Assembly (NCBI GenBank): GCA_050506795.1
Contig: JBJHCF010000026.1
Location: forward strand, 1-64,000
Origin: Opitutia bacterium
Lineage (GTDB): Bacteria; Verrucomicrobiota; Verrucomicrobiia; Opitutales; T3Sed10-336
Length of the DNA: 64,000 nt
Direction: 5' to 3'
Part shown: positions 48,682 to 59,303 of the stretch, one piece after another
Layout of the letters: each line of letters begins with the position of its first letter
Numbering within the stretch: position 1 is the stretch's first letter
Made by a program: the position numbers and the translations under genes
The notes under the pieces: model-generated
Seen by the model: the letters and a program-made list of their open reading frames with translations, nothing else
The model's database searches: none
What the model was told of the DNA's origin: nothing

Positions 48682-49446
48682 ATGCCTGATGTTGCCGTGA
48701 TTGTTCCCGCCCGCCTGCGTTCAACTCGCTTTCCCCGGAAGCTGCTGCACCGGATTGCCGGGAAACCGCTACTTCTCCACGTGGCGGAAAGAATTGCGGC
48801 GCAGGCGCCCGAGTACCCGTTGTATTTTGCGGTGGACGATCAGGAGTTGGCTGAAGTGTTGGACGGGGCCGGTTTTTCCCAGATCATGACATCGACCGGG
48901 CACGCCAGTGGTTCGGACCGCCTCGCCGAGGCAAACCAAACCATTCAAGCCGAATGGGTGATTAATGTGCAGGCAGACGAGCCGTTGGTAACCGGAGAGC
49001 AGATTCGGTCCCTGGCCGGGATGGTTGAGGCGGGGGCGCCGATGGCCACGCTGGCGACGCGATTCGAGCGCGCGAGCGATTTTCTCGATCCCAACCAGGT
49101 GAAGGTGGTCATGAGTGACAACGGCCGGGCCCTTTATTTTTCCCGTGCTCCCATTCCGTATCCCCGCGACGAAATTGAACGCCTCGACGACGCCTGGGTA
49201 GCCGCGAATCCTTGCTGGCGACACCTCGGTTTATATTCCTACCGGGGATCCTTTCTTGCCGAACTCACCGCGCTTCCTCCGGGGCGTCTGGAGGGGATCG
49301 AACGTCTCGAGCAGTTGCGCGTGCTGGAGAACGGTCACCATATCGCGGTGGCGCCCACCGATCAGCCGACGATTGGAATCGATACTCCGGAAGACGCCCA
49401 ACGTTTCGCCCGCTACCTGGGGGACGCCGGCGATTTGGCTAGATGA
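48682..49446 (+). CDS. kdsB: 3-deoxy-manno-octulosonate cytidylyltransferase
   Basis: PARLRSTRFPRK, SGSDR, NVQADEP, LYFSRAPIP, HLGLY, LEQLRVL. Confidence 0.93.
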   Translation: MPDVAVIVPARLRSTRFPRKLLHRIAGKPLLLHVAERIAAQAPEYPLYFAVDDQELAEVLDGAGFSQIMTSTGHASGSDRLAEANQTIQAEWVINVQADEPLVTGEQIRSLAGMVEAGAPMATLATRFERASDFLDPNQVKVVMSDNGRALYFSRAPIPYPRDEIERLDDAWVAANPCWRHLGLYSYRGSFLAELTALPPGRLEGIERLEQLRVLENGHHIAVAPTDQPTIGIDTPEDAQRFARYLGDAGDLAR

Positions 49447-50488
49447 TTTTCGCGGCCGGTTCCGGGAGATCGTTCTCCTGGAAACCGGCGATTTTTCTCG
49501 CCAGAAAATCGATCCAGGCCGGGTGTTCATTGAGACAGGGAATGAGTTCGTAACTTTCCCCGCCCGCGGCCAGGAAGTCTTCTTTGCCCTGAATTCCGAT
49601 TTCCTCAAGCGTTTCCAGGCAATCGGAAACAAAGGCCGGGGTGACCACCAACAGGCGTTTGACGCCCTCATTGGCCAGACGGACAAATTCCAGGTCGGTG
49701 TAGGGTTTGAGCCAGGGTTCGCGTCCGAATCGCGACTGAAAGGACATGCCGTACTTTTCCGCCGGCAGTTGCAGTCGCGCGGCCACTTCCTCGACGGTGC
49801 GCAGGCATTGCGCCCGGTAACAGGTGGATTGCACCGGGCTGCAGGTTTTGCAGCAGTCGGGCACCACGGTGCAATGGGCCTTCGAGGGATCGCCTTTCCT
49901 CAGGTGCCGTTCGGGAATACCGTGAAAACTGAACAGTATGTGGTCGTAACCGTTTTTCACATACGGTTCGATTTGTTGGGAGAGTGCGTCAATGTACCCG
50001 GGTTCGGCGAAGAACGGGGGCTGTGCGGTGATCCGCATTGCGGGGGCCACCTCGCGGGCGAGTTCGCGCACGTTGACCACGGCCGTTTCGTAACTGGACA
50101 TGGCGTAGTGGGGGTAAAGCGGAACCAGAAAAAGCTCTTTGATCCCGCGGGACGCCAGTCGCTGCAACGCCTCGCGGGTGGAGGGATTGCCGTATCGCAT
50201 TGATAGTTCGATTGGCAGATCGGTTTTCTCCTGGAGCAACTGCTGTACTTTGCGACTGGTCACCAGCAGGGGAGAACCTTCCTTCGTCCAGATTTTACTG
50301 TAGGCTTCCGCGGTTTTCCTGGGGCGAAACGGCAAAACCTTGCAGTAAAGGATGTAACTCTTGATCGGTTGGGGGGCGTCGAAGACGCGTTCGTCGGAGA
50401 GAAATTCCTTTAGATAGCGGCGCACATCCGGAATAGCGGTGGAATCGGGCGATCCCAGATTGGTAAGGAGAACGGCTTTGCTCGTCAT
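49439..50488 (-). CDS. hemH: Ferrochelatase
   Basis: LLTNLGSP, MRYGNP, PLYPHY, FSFHGIP, FQSRFG..WLKP, FVSDCLETLEE. Confidence 0.95.
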   Translation of the reverse strand: MTSKAVLLTNLGSPDSTAIPDVRRYLKEFLSDERVFDAPQPIKSYILYCKVLPFRPRKTAEAYSKIWTKEGSPLLVTSRKVQQLLQEKTDLPIELSMRYGNPSTREALQRLASRGIKELFLVPLYPHYAMSSYETAVVNVRELAREVAPAMRITAQPPFFAEPGYIDALSQQIEPYVKNGYDHILFSFHGIPERHLRKGDPSKAHCTVVPDCCKTCSPVQSTCYRAQCLRTVEEVAARLQLPAEKYGMSFQSRFGREPWLKPYTDLEFVRLANEGVKRLLVVTPAFVSDCLETLEEIGIQGKEDFLAAGGESYELIPCLNEHPAWIDFLARKIAGFQENDLPEPAAKII

Positions 50489-50655
50489 GTCAGGCTAACT
50501 GGTTACCGTCACATCGCGCCTTGTCAAATGGTGAAGTCTTTCCAGGGTCAAACGGTGGGCGAAAAGACCGAGGCGGGTCCTCCGGGGAACAGGAATCCGC
50601 CGACGGATTATTCACAGGTTGCGTTCCGCGTAAGACTGGCCTTGTTTGGAAGGTG

Positions 50656-51789
50656 ATGGCGTTGGATTCAAGGGTAGAGGTCGCGTGTCGGGACGGTTCT
50701 CTGCGGGTTTCGGTGCGGGGCGCCTGGTCCCTGTCACAACCGATGCCGGCGTGGCGAAAAATGGTGAAACGCTCCGCGGGCCGCCGGGAAAAGTTCCGCG
50801 AAATCCAGGTGGATGTCGGGGGTGTCGATTCGTGGGACAGTTCGCTGCTCTTGTTCGTTTCCCAGATTCGAAAATACGCAGATGAATTGAAGGTGCCCTG
50901 CAATATGAAGAACCTTCCCGATCTCCTGCAGAATCTGCTGAATCAGGCGGGCGAAAGCGAATCGGCTGGAGGAAGTCAGAATGCCGCGGCGGCCCCATCC
51001 GTGTTGGTTGTTCTGGGCGAGCGTTTCGGAAAGTCTCTGGCCGGGGGAGGGCAATGGTTGACCTTTTGGGGAGAGTGCCTGCTGGGCGGGTCGCGGATGG
51101 CCAGCAGGTGGCGCAAATTCCGTTGGCGCGACTGTCTGATCTTTATGCAGCAGGCGGGCGCCATGGGACTTCCGATCGTCGGACTGATCAGTTTCCTGGT
51201 CGGTTTGATCCTCGCTTACCAGGCGGCGATTCAGTTGAGGGAATACGGAGCGGAGATTTTTGTCGCCAATCTGGTCGGTTTGTCGGTCGTTCGTGAAATG
51301 GGGCCGATGATGACGGCCGTGATCCTGGCGGGGCGAACCGGCGCCTCCTTTGCCGCCCAGATCGGCAATATGAAAATGAACGAGGAAATCGACGCGCTGG
51401 AGACCCTGGGGGTTCACCCCATGGATTTCCTGGTCCTGCCGCGCATGGTGGCGTTGGTGATGATGGCGCCCTTGCTTACCGTCTATGCCAATCTGTTGGG
51501 CGTCCTCGGAGGGTATGTGGTCGGCGTCGGCCAACTCGACATCGCTTCTTCGGCCTACTGGTATCAAACCCAGGAGGCCATCGGTTTGAACGATCTGGCC
51601 GGAGGCTTGATAAAGAGTGTTGTTTTCGGCGTGGTGGTAGCCGCGGCCGGTTGTCTGCGCGGCCTGCAGAGCGAGCGAAGCTCCGAGGGCGTGGGCCGCG
51701 CCACCACCTCGGCGGTGGTTACGGCTATTTTTCTGATTATTGTTCTGGACGCGGTATTCGCGGTCCTTTTTGAGCGGGTGGGAATCTGA
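50656..51789 (+). CDS. mlaE: MlaE-family ABC permease with N-terminal STAS-like domain
   Basis: REMGPMMTAVILAGRTGASFAAQIG, EEIDALETLG, VGRATTSAVV. Confidence 0.9.
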   Translation: MALDSRVEVACRDGSLRVSVRGAWSLSQPMPAWRKMVKRSAGRREKFREIQVDVGGVDSWDSSLLLFVSQIRKYADELKVPCNMKNLPDLLQNLLNQAGESESAGGSQNAAAAPSVLVVLGERFGKSLAGGGQWLTFWGECLLGGSRMASRWRKFRWRDCLIFMQQAGAMGLPIVGLISFLVGLILAYQAAIQLREYGAEIFVANLVGLSVVREMGPMMTAVILAGRTGASFAAQIGNMKMNEEIDALETLGVHPMDFLVLPRMVALVMMAPLLTVYANLLGVLGGYVVGVGQLDIASSAYWYQTQEAIGLNDLAGGLIKSVVFGVVVAAAGCLRGLQSERSSEGVGRATTSAVVTAIFLIIVLDAVFAVLFERVGI

Positions 51790-52586
51790 TGAGTGACGTT
51801 GATTCGGAGATCCCTTTTATGGTCGAGGTCCGCGACCTTTCCTGCGGTTACCGTGATACAGTCATCCTGCGGGATGTCAGTTTTTCCGTCCGTCGCGGAG
51901 AGATCTATTTCGTGGTCGGCCGCAGCGGTTGCGGCAAGAGCACTCTGCTGCGCAATTTGATTGGTTTGGAAACTCCGTTGACCGGGGAGGTGCGCTTCGA
52001 CGGCGAAAATGTGTGCAACGCCGGTCATGAAACCCGCCGCGCCATGCTGCGCCGAATGGGAGTTCTTTACCAGAGTGCGGCGCTGTGGAGCACCATGACC
52101 GTCGCCGAAAATGTCGCCTTGCCACTGGAGGAACATACCACCCTTTCGCGTCGTGAAATCCGGGAACTGGTGTTCGTGAAGCTGGGCATGGTCGGCCTGG
52201 CGGCGGCGGCGGACCGGTACCCGTCCGAGTTGAGCGGCGGCATGCGCAAGCGGGCCGGGTTGGCGCGCGCCCTGGTGCTGGACCCGGAGATCCTTTTTTT
52301 CGACGAGCCGTCGGCCGGCCTCGATCCGGTGAGCGCCCGCAATCTGGATCATTTGATTCTGCAGACCCGGGAGAGCCTGGGGACGACCATCCTGGTCGTG
52401 TCCCACGATCTGGAAAGCATTTGTGCGGTTGCCGATCGCGTGATTATGTTGGGGAGGGATGAAAAAACCGTGATCGCGGAGGGTCGGCCAAGGGACCTGG
52501 TTCGCGATTCGGGCAATCCGCACGTGAGCGAGTTTTTTCAAAGCGGTTTGTTTGCCTTCGGGGAACCGAAGAGGGAATCGCCTTGA
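51789..52586 (+). CDS. mlaF: MlaF-family ABC ATPase
   Basis: GRSGCGKS, LSGGMRKRAGLARAL, FFDEPSAGLDP. Confidence 0.9.
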   Translation: MSDVDSEIPFMVEVRDLSCGYRDTVILRDVSFSVRRGEIYFVVGRSGCGKSTLLRNLIGLETPLTGEVRFDGENVCNAGHETRRAMLRRMGVLYQSAALWSTMTVAENVALPLEEHTTLSRREIRELVFVKLGMVGLAAAADRYPSELSGGMRKRAGLARALVLDPEILFFDEPSAGLDPVSARNLDHLILQTRESLGTTILVVSHDLESICAVADRVIMLGRDEKTVIAEGRPRDLVRDSGNPHVSEFFQSGLFAFGEPKRESP

Positions 52587-52647
52587 CCGAGAAGGAGTAT
52601 GAAATATCGAATCCGGCACCAAATTTTGAAGTGATAGGGGAGATGGA

Positions 52648-53652
52648 ATGAAAACCAAACCAAGTGCCGCCCTGATTGGCGGTTTCGTCGTAGGCGCGAT
52701 GTTGCTGGTTGCAGGGGCGCTGTTTTATTTCGGCGGACGCACCTGGATGACCGAGACGGGTGAGTTCGTTGTTTATTTTGATGAATCCGTTCATGGGCTG
52801 GAAGTCGGCGCCCCGGTCAAGTTTCGCGGAGTTCGCATCGGGCGCGTGCGGAATATCGGGGTGCGATACGATCCCGATGAGGTCCGGTCGCTGGTCCCGG
52901 TGATTTGTGAACTGGATCGTCAGGTGGTACGCGATCCGGAAGGGATTTTTGTCGACTTCTCCGAACCCGAGTTAATGGATGCGATGGTTGAGCGGGGGTT
53001 GCGCGCGCGCCTGAGCCTGGTCGGCCTTTCCGGTTTGATGTACATCGAGCTCGATTACGCCACTCCCGCCGAACAGGCCCGGCGTCTTCCGGTTCCCGAG
53101 CACCCAGGCATGTCCTCGGTTCCCTCGGTGCCTTCGGCTCTCGCCGGGTTGCGGGATGGAGTCGCCGATATCGCGGCGAATATCGGTGAAATCGATTTTG
53201 CCGGAATCGCTCAGAAATTTGAAACCCTGCTGGACCGGGCGGATTCCCGTTTGGAAGCACTTGCGATCGACGACCTGGCGGCGAATTTTAATGAAGCGGT
53301 GATCGCGGTCACGGAACTGGCCCGATCCGATGATCTGCGGAACGCGGTGCAGTCGGCCAGTGGCGCCTTTGATGATTTGAGTTCAATCCTTAACCGTCTC
53401 GACGACCAGATCGATCCGGTCAGCGAACGTTTTATGGTGACCGCCGACGAACTTTCCGTGACGCTCCGACAACTGGGTGGCGCCGTGGAGGCCATCGAAA
53501 CACTGATCAGCCCAAGAACGGGTCTGGGGCACGAGTTGGCGGCAACCTTGCAGCGGCTGGGAGAAGCTTCGCGTTCTGTGCAGCGTCTGGCCGATTATCT
53601 CGAGCGTCATCCCAACGCTCTGCTATCAGGAAGAAGAGAGTCCGGACAATGA
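52648..53652 (+). CDS. mlaD: MlaD/MCE-domain protein with long helical extension
   Basis: N-terminal TM; SVHGLEVGAPVKFRGVRIGRV; C-terminal YLERHPNALLSG. Confidence 0.88.
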   Translation: MKTKPSAALIGGFVVGAMLLVAGALFYFGGRTWMTETGEFVVYFDESVHGLEVGAPVKFRGVRIGRVRNIGVRYDPDEVRSLVPVICELDRQVVRDPEGIFVDFSEPELMDAMVERGLRARLSLVGLSGLMYIELDYATPAEQARRLPVPEHPGMSSVPSVPSALAGLRDGVADIAANIGEIDFAGIAQKFETLLDRADSRLEALAIDDLAANFNEAVIAVTELARSDDLRNAVQSASGAFDDLSSILNRLDDQIDPVSERFMVTADELSVTLRQLGGAVEAIETLISPRTGLGHELAATLQRLGEASRSVQRLADYLERHPNALLSGRRESGQ

Positions 53653-54296
53653 TACGAAACATTTTTCCAATTTTAGGACTGTTGGGGATTCCTGTCCTGC
53701 TTTCCGCCTGCCTTTTGCCTCGTCCGGTTGAGGACAGGACGCGTTACTTCCTTTTGGAAGCTTCCGGGGTAGAAGAATTGACCGGGTCCGCGGCCAGGTA
53801 CCTGGATCCTGATGAGCCGGGTTTGGCGATTGGCCTTCGTCGTGTCCGGGTGGCGGATTATATCAACGTCCCGTCAATAGTGGTCCGAAATTCCGACGGT
53901 CAGTTGCGTTACACCCATTATCAGCGCTGGGCCGAGGGTTTGGACCGGGGCGCCGCGCGGTTGCTGCGCGAAGTTCTGCGGCGGGATGCCGCCATCACTT
54001 CGGTCTATTTTTTTCCGGAAGCGGGCCGGGAATTTGTCGATTTCGAGGTGGAGGTGCAGTTGCTGGCCTGTGACGCCATCGAACGTGACGACGGATCGGG
54101 CGGCTACTTTTTTCGAGCCTACTGGAGCATTTTTGATCCGGAAAGCGGCGGAGTGATCGCCACCGGTGATTTTGTTCGTCGCGGCGACTGGCAACCGGGA
54201 GACTATTCGGCTTTCGCCCGGAACATCAGCAGGGTTGGAACCGAGTTCGGAAATGAAATCTCCGAAGCCCTTCTGACTCTGGACGGCCGCCGGTGA
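53649..54296 (+). CDS. PqiC-family ABC auxiliary lipoprotein
   Basis: Lipobox LLSAC; TRYFLL; RWAEGL; ATGA overlap with mlaD. Confidence 0.85.
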   Translation: MIRNIFPILGLLGIPVLLSACLLPRPVEDRTRYFLLEASGVEELTGSAARYLDPDEPGLAIGLRRVRVADYINVPSIVVRNSDGQLRYTHYQRWAEGLDRGAARLLREVLRRDAAITSVYFFPEAGREFVDFEVEVQLLACDAIERDDGSGGYFFRAYWSIFDPESGGVIATGDFVRRGDWQPGDYSAFARNISRVGTEFGNEISEALLTLDGRR

Positions 54297-54382
54297 ATCG
54301 ATGGAAGCCATAAAGGCCGAAGCGACGGAAGGTGCGCCGTTTTGAGCGGCGGCGGCACACACGGTTGTCCCTGGAGAACGCC

Positions 54383-55399
54383 TTAAATTTCCCCCAGAAA
54401 ATCGAGGCCGTCACGGGTCGGGTCGAGGCCTTCGGATTTCAACCAATCCGGATTGTAGAGTCGCGAGAGATAACGCTGACCGTCGTCGCAGAGGATGGTG
54501 GTGATGACCTGGCCGGGGCCACCCTCCAGAGCGAGTTTCACCGCGCCGCAGACGTTGATGGCGGACGAAGCACCGAGGAACAGACCCTCGGATTCCATCA
54601 GGTGGTAAACCATCTTGATCATCACGCGGTCATGGATACGGAAGGCGTTATCAATAGGGGCTTCTTCCAGGTTTTTGGTGACACGACCCTGTCCGATTCC
54701 CTCGGCGACGGAGTCCCCGTCGTCGATATCCAGGTGACCGTGTTTGATCCACGACCACATCGCCGCGCCGTAGGGGTCGGCGCAAACGGTTTTGATCTTT
54801 GGGTCGGTCTCTTTGAGAAACAGGGACACCCCGGCCAGGGTTCCGCCGGTTCCGACCGCGGTGACAAAAGCGGTGACTTCTCCACCGGTTTGCCGGTGAA
54901 TTTCCGGTCCGGTGGTCTGCCGGTGGTATTCCCGGTTCGCCGTATTGTCGAACTGATTGGCCCAGAAGCCGCCGTCGATTTCCTCCGCCAGGCGGCGGGC
55001 GATGTGATTGTAATTGTTGGGGTCTTTGTACGGAGCGGCCGGAACAGGGCGCACATCGGCGCCGATGGCCCGCAAAAGATTGATTTTTTCCTGCGATTGA
55101 GTGTCGGGAATGACGATTATAGTGCGATAACCTTTGGCGTTTCCGACCAGGGCAAGTCCGATTCCGGTGTTGCCGGCCGTGCCTTCGACAATGGTACCGC
55201 CGGGTTTGAGCAGTCCGCGGGCTTCGGCGTCGTTAATGATTCCCATAGCCGCACGATCCTTCACCGACCCCCCGGGATTCAGAAATTCGGCCTTGCCGAG
55301 GATTTCGCAACCGGTGGCCTCCGACAGGCTCTTGATGCGAATAAGAGGAGTCTCGCCCACGGTTCCGGCGAATCCGTCCTTGATTTGCTTGCTCATCAT
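54383..55399 (-). CDS. cysK: Cysteine synthase A
   Basis: GETPLI, KAEFLNPGGSVKDR, EGTAGNTG, NQFDN, VGTGGT, EGIG. Confidence 0.9.
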   Translation of the reverse strand: MMSKQIKDGFAGTVGETPLIRIKSLSEATGCEILGKAEFLNPGGSVKDRAAMGIINDAEARGLLKPGGTIVEGTAGNTGIGLALVGNAKGYRTIIVIPDTQSQEKINLLRAIGADVRPVPAAPYKDPNNYNHIARRLAEEIDGGFWANQFDNTANREYHRQTTGPEIHRQTGGEVTAFVTAVGTGGTLAGVSLFLKETDPKIKTVCADPYGAAMWSWIKHGHLDIDDGDSVAEGIGQGRVTKNLEEAPIDNAFRIHDRVMIKMVYHLMESEGLFLGASSAINVCGAVKLALEGGPGQVITTILCDDGQRYLSRLYNPDWLKSEGLDPTRDGLDFLGEI

Positions 55400-55530
55400 G
55401 TCACGAGTATTGCCGCGTTCGGCGGATTTTCGAGTCCGTTTTTGCGGCGGGATTGAACCACGCGACAGATGGAAAATGCGGTCTCCGGCCAGGGATCGGC
55501 ATTCGTCTGCAAGCTAGCCGGCAAGCCGAC

Positions 55531-56598
55531 TCAACGCGGGTGGCGAATTTCGGCGACCGCCCCGGCTTGTTGGTGATTCTTGAGGAAAAGATCTCCTCCC
55601 AAATTACGAAAACAGCGACGTGCCACGGCAAGACCAAGGCCGTCTCCGCCCTTGGTGCCGGTGAACGGCTCAAACATCGTCGGCTCGATCTCCGGATCGA
55701 TCCCGGATCCCTGATCGCGAATCACGATAATAATGTTTTCCGTATCGGCCGCAGCGCGGATCTCGATCACGCGCCGGGAGACCGGAGCGTCGCCGTAGCT
55801 TTCCCAGGCGTTCTTGAGCAGGCCGGCGATGGCGTCTTCGGCTCGGCTGAAACAGGTCGTCACCATGAGATTTTCCGGTTCCACGGTAAACGGGTATTCC
55901 GCTTCGACCCGGTTTTCCTGCCGGAAACGGCGGATGGCGCAACGCAGCAATTCCGCCACCGGTACCGGCTCCGGTTCGGGCTGGGTTTCCCGGGCCGCCT
56001 CTCCGAAACGGCGGACCATCTCGGTGATCTTGGCGACGGCCTTTTCCAGACTGGCATGATGCTTCAGGACCATTTCGGGTTTTTCATGATGCATCTTCAG
56101 CAGATGCATATACCCGAAGATAATCCCGAGAACGTTATTCAGGTTGTGAGTGACACTGTCGGCGACCGCCCCGATGGAAGCGTTTCTCCTCAGGTTTTCC
56201 AGTTCGTCCCGCAAACGCTCCCGGTCCATTTCCAGGCCGCGCAGCCGCAGGTGCCAATGCAAGCGCGCGGTCAAAGCCTCATCACTTGAATGCGTATCGA
56301 GATAATCGACACGGGAATCGTCGCGGCAGGCCATGTCGTTGGCGGAGGTCAGCACCAGGGCGGTGGGGCCGTCCCTCGGCGCCTTGGAGTCCAGGTGTTC
56401 CAGCAGTTCGCGGGAAACGCCGACACCAGCCAGCAGGAGGTCGGGTTGCTCCCTGGCTAACGCCTGCTCAATGCTCTCGGAATCCGGACTGACCGTCAGG
56501 AAACCCACACCCGCATGGTGCAGAACCTCCCGCAGGCGCTTCTCGGGTGAGGAAGCATTCTCAATCAGCAGAACCGTGGGAAGAGGATGAGCGGTCAT
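55531..56598 (-). CDS. Sensor histidine kinase with degenerate N-terminal receiver domain
   Basis: H-box VTHNLNN, N-box LLKNAWES, DQGSGI, FEPFTGTK, GLGLAV; receiver lacks the phospho-Asp. Confidence 0.82.
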   Translation of the reverse strand: MTAHPLPTVLLIENASSPEKRLREVLHHAGVGFLTVSPDSESIEQALAREQPDLLLAGVGVSRELLEHLDSKAPRDGPTALVLTSANDMACRDDSRVDYLDTHSSDEALTARLHWHLRLRGLEMDRERLRDELENLRRNASIGAVADSVTHNLNNVLGIIFGYMHLLKMHHEKPEMVLKHHASLEKAVAKITEMVRRFGEAARETQPEPEPVPVAELLRCAIRRFRQENRVEAEYPFTVEPENLMVTTCFSRAEDAIAGLLKNAWESYGDAPVSRRVIEIRAAADTENIIIVIRDQGSGIDPEIEPTMFEPFTGTKGGDGLGLAVARRCFRNLGGDLFLKNHQQAGAVAEIRHPR

Positions 56599-57214
56599 AG
56601 GAGACAATGTCCGAAGAGGCGACAACCTTGGTGCGGGCGAGGTAATCGTGCACCGCGCGCCGATCCCGGGTGAAGAACGCGAAGAAATAATTGAAAAGCA
56701 ACAGCAGCATCAACGGCTGCATAGTCATGGCCAGGGTCAGAGAAATCCCTTTGATCACCGACCGCATCACCGTCGCGCCGAGGGGCAGCGGGGCATGAGC
56801 CTGTCCCGGGTCGGTGCGAATCACCCGGAGTTTGAAGAGCAGTTTTCCGGGCGAGGCTCCGCGAGTGAAAACTTCACCCATCATGAAATAGAGCAACACG
56901 AGCGCCAGGCTGACCGCATAAGTGATCTGGATCAGGCGTTGGGCATCCTCGGAAAGGGTCGGCTCCGGAGCACCGGAATCGGGGTCTTCCCGGAATTCAC
57001 GCATTTCCTCCGTGAACTGCTCCAGTTCCTGCGTGACCTCGGGATTCTGGCTGAAGATGAGGAAATTCGCGAGGAAGAAGAGGATCAGCAGACAGAACAT
57101 GTCGGCGGCGAAAGCCCCGATCCTCGGCATCAGGAGTGAGCTTTCCGGTTCCGGAGGCGGTTCATCCTCCGGATGCCCGGCAGACGGCTGAAACGGATTC
57201 TGGTATTGACTCAT
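56561..57214 (-). CDS. RDD family membrane protein
   Basis: [33 protein letters not shown]. Confidence 0.88.
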   Translation of the reverse strand: MSQYQNPFQPSAGHPEDEPPPEPESSLLMPRIGAFAADMFCLLILFFLANFLIFSQNPEVTQELEQFTEEMREFREDPDSGAPEPTLSEDAQRLIQITYAVSLALVLLYFMMGEVFTRGASPGKLLFKLRVIRTDPGQAHAPLPLGATVMRSVIKGISLTLAMTMQPLMLLLLFNYFFAFFTRDRRAVHDYLARTKVVASSDIVSYDRSSSSHGSAD

Positions 57215-58095
57215 TGAGAATTTCCCCGGTAGATGCGCAGCAGAGCCTCGCCCATGTGCGAGGGGGTTTCGGCGACTTCGATTCCCGCTTCCTTCATGGC
57301 GGCGATCTTGGCTTCCGCCGTGCCGCTTCCGCCGGAAACGATCGCACCGGCGTGGCCCATGCGTCGCCCCGGGGGCGCGGTCGCTCCGGCGATAAAGCCG
57401 GCCACCGGTTTTTTAACGTGCTCCTTGATGTAAGCGGCGGCTTCCTCTTCCGCGGTGCCTCCGATTTCTCCGATCAAAATGAGGGCTTCGGTATCCGGAT
57501 CCTCGTTGAACAATTTGACGGCGTCGAGATGGCTGGTGCCGCTCACCGGGTCGCCGCCGATGCCGATGCAGGTCGATTGACCGTGGCCCAGCGAGGTGAG
57601 CTGCCAGACCGCTTCGTAGGTGAGGGTGCCGGACCGCGAAATCACCCCGACTTTGCCGGGTTTGTGGATGTAACCGGGCATGATGCCGATCTTGCATTGA
57701 CCCGGGGTGATGATACCTGGGCAGTTGGGGCCGATCAGGCGGGTCTTGCTTTGTTGGAGTTTGACCTTCACCTCGGCCATGTCCTTGACCGGAATACCTT
57801 CGGTGATGCAAACCACCAGCGGGATCTCTGCGTCGATGGCTTCAAGGATGGAATCGGCGGCAAAAGCCGGCGGCACAAAAATCACGGAGGCGTTGGCCCC
57901 GGTTTCGTTCACGGCCTCCCGGACGGTGTCGTACACCGGCACTTTTTCCTCGAAGCGTTCTCCTCCGCGTCCGGGAGTGACGCCGGCCACAATATTCGTG
58001 CCGTATTCAAGGCATTGTCTGGCGTGAAAGCTGCCGGCCTTGCCGGTGAGTCCCTGAACCAGGAGGCGGGTGTCTTTGTTGACGAGTATGCTCAT
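57211..58095 (-). CDS. sucD: Succinyl-CoA synthetase alpha subunit
   Basis: [36 protein letters not shown]. Confidence 0.97.
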   Translation of the reverse strand: MSILVNKDTRLLVQGLTGKAGSFHARQCLEYGTNIVAGVTPGRGGERFEEKVPVYDTVREAVNETGANASVIFVPPAFAADSILEAIDAEIPLVVCITEGIPVKDMAEVKVKLQQSKTRLIGPNCPGIITPGQCKIGIMPGYIHKPGKVGVISRSGTLTYEAVWQLTSLGHGQSTCIGIGGDPVSGTSHLDAVKLFNEDPDTEALILIGEIGGTAEEEAAAYIKEHVKKPVAGFIAGATAPPGRRMGHAGAIVSGGSGTAEAKIAAMKEAGIEVAETPSHMGEALLRIYRGNSQ

Positions 58096-58109
58096 GTCGA
58101 TGAATTGCT

Positions 58110-59297
58110 TTACCGGTCGGAAACGAGTTCGACGATTTTTTTGGCGGCATCGGCCAGGGTGTCGGCCGAGACAATTTTCAGGTTGCTCTGGTCGAGGAGC
58201 TTTTTCCCCTGTTCCACGTTGGTGCCTTCCAGGCGCACGACCAGCGGCCGGTCGAGATGAACAGCTTTGGCGGCCTCCAGGATTCCGGTGGCGATGACGT
58301 CGCATTTCATGATGCCGCCGAAGATATTGACCAGGATGCCTTTGACGTTCTCGTCCTTCAGGATGATTTGAAAGGCCTGGGTCACCTGTTCGGCGTCGGC
58401 ACCGCCGCCGACGTCGAGAAAGTTCGCCGGTGATCCGCCGTAGTGCTGAATGATGTCCATGGTGGCCATCGCCAATCCGGCGCCGTTGACCATGCAGGCG
58501 ATATTGCCGTCCAATGCGATGTAGTTGAGGTTCGCTTTGGATGCTTCGACCTCTTTGGGATCCTCTTCGTTTAGGTCGCGGTAGGCGACGATGTCCGGAT
58601 GACGGAACAGCGCGTTGTCGTCGAATCCCACCTTGGCATCGAGCGCCACCACCTCACCGGAAGGGGTCGTGATGAGGGGATTTACTTCCACCAGAGAGGC
58701 ATCCTTTTCCCAGAAAAGGCGATAGAGGCCGCTGAGAAGTTTAATCATCTGTTTGACCTGGTCGCCCCGGAAGCCGAGTCCGAAAGCGATCTGGCGCGCC
58801 TGGTAGGCGCGAAGGCCCAGTGTGGGGTCGATAATAACCCGGGTGATTTTCTCCGGGGTCTCTTCGGCCACCTTTTCGATTTCCACTCCTCCCTCGGTTG
58901 AAGCGATCACCACAGGCCGGGAAGTGGCGCGGTCCATCACGATAGCGAGGTAGTACTCCTTCTCGATTTCGGAAGCTTCGGTGAAGTACACCGTGCCCAC
59001 CTTGCGGCCTTCGGGGCCGGTCTGGTGTGTGACCAGCGTATTACCCAGCATCTTACGTCCGAATTCCGCGGCCTCCTCTTTTGACTTGGCCAGTTTGACG
59101 CCTCCTTTGAAGCCGTCCTTGAAGGTTCCCTTGCCGCGTCCTCCCGCGTGGATTTGGGACTTTACGACGGTAACGCCTTCGGGAAGCGCGGAAAGGGCGG
59201 ATTCGAAATCCGAGGTCTTCTGTGCGCAATGTCCGGCCGGAACCGGCACCCCGTACTGTTGGAATAATTCTTTGGCCTGGTATTCGTGTATATTCAT
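58110..59297 (-). CDS. sucC: Succinyl-CoA synthetase beta subunit
   Basis: [39 protein letters not shown]. Confidence 0.97.
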   Translation of the reverse strand: MNIHEYQAKELFQQYGVPVPAGHCAQKTSDFESALSALPEGVTVVKSQIHAGGRGKGTFKDGFKGGVKLAKSKEEAAEFGRKMLGNTLVTHQTGPEGRKVGTVYFTEASEIEKEYYLAIVMDRATSRPVVIASTEGGVEIEKVAEETPEKITRVIIDPTLGLRAYQARQIAFGLGFRGDQVKQMIKLLSGLYRLFWEKDASLVEVNPLITTPSGEVVALDAKVGFDDNALFRHPDIVAYRDLNEEDPKEVEASKANLNYIALDGNIACMVNGAGLAMATMDIIQHYGGSPANFLDVGGGADAEQVTQAFQIILKDENVKGILVNIFGGIMKCDVIATGILEAAKAVHLDRPLVVRLEGTNVEQGKKLLDQSNLKIVSADTLADAAKKIVELVSDR

Positions 59298-59303
59298 TGA
59301 GAC

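Noticed and set aside
49439..49446. Convergent 8-nt overlap of kdsB and hemH
   Set aside because: Short 3' overlaps are common and nothing suggests a function
50656..54296. MlaE-MlaF-MlaD-PqiC operon as a novel system
   Set aside because: A known, widespread MCE transporter architecture
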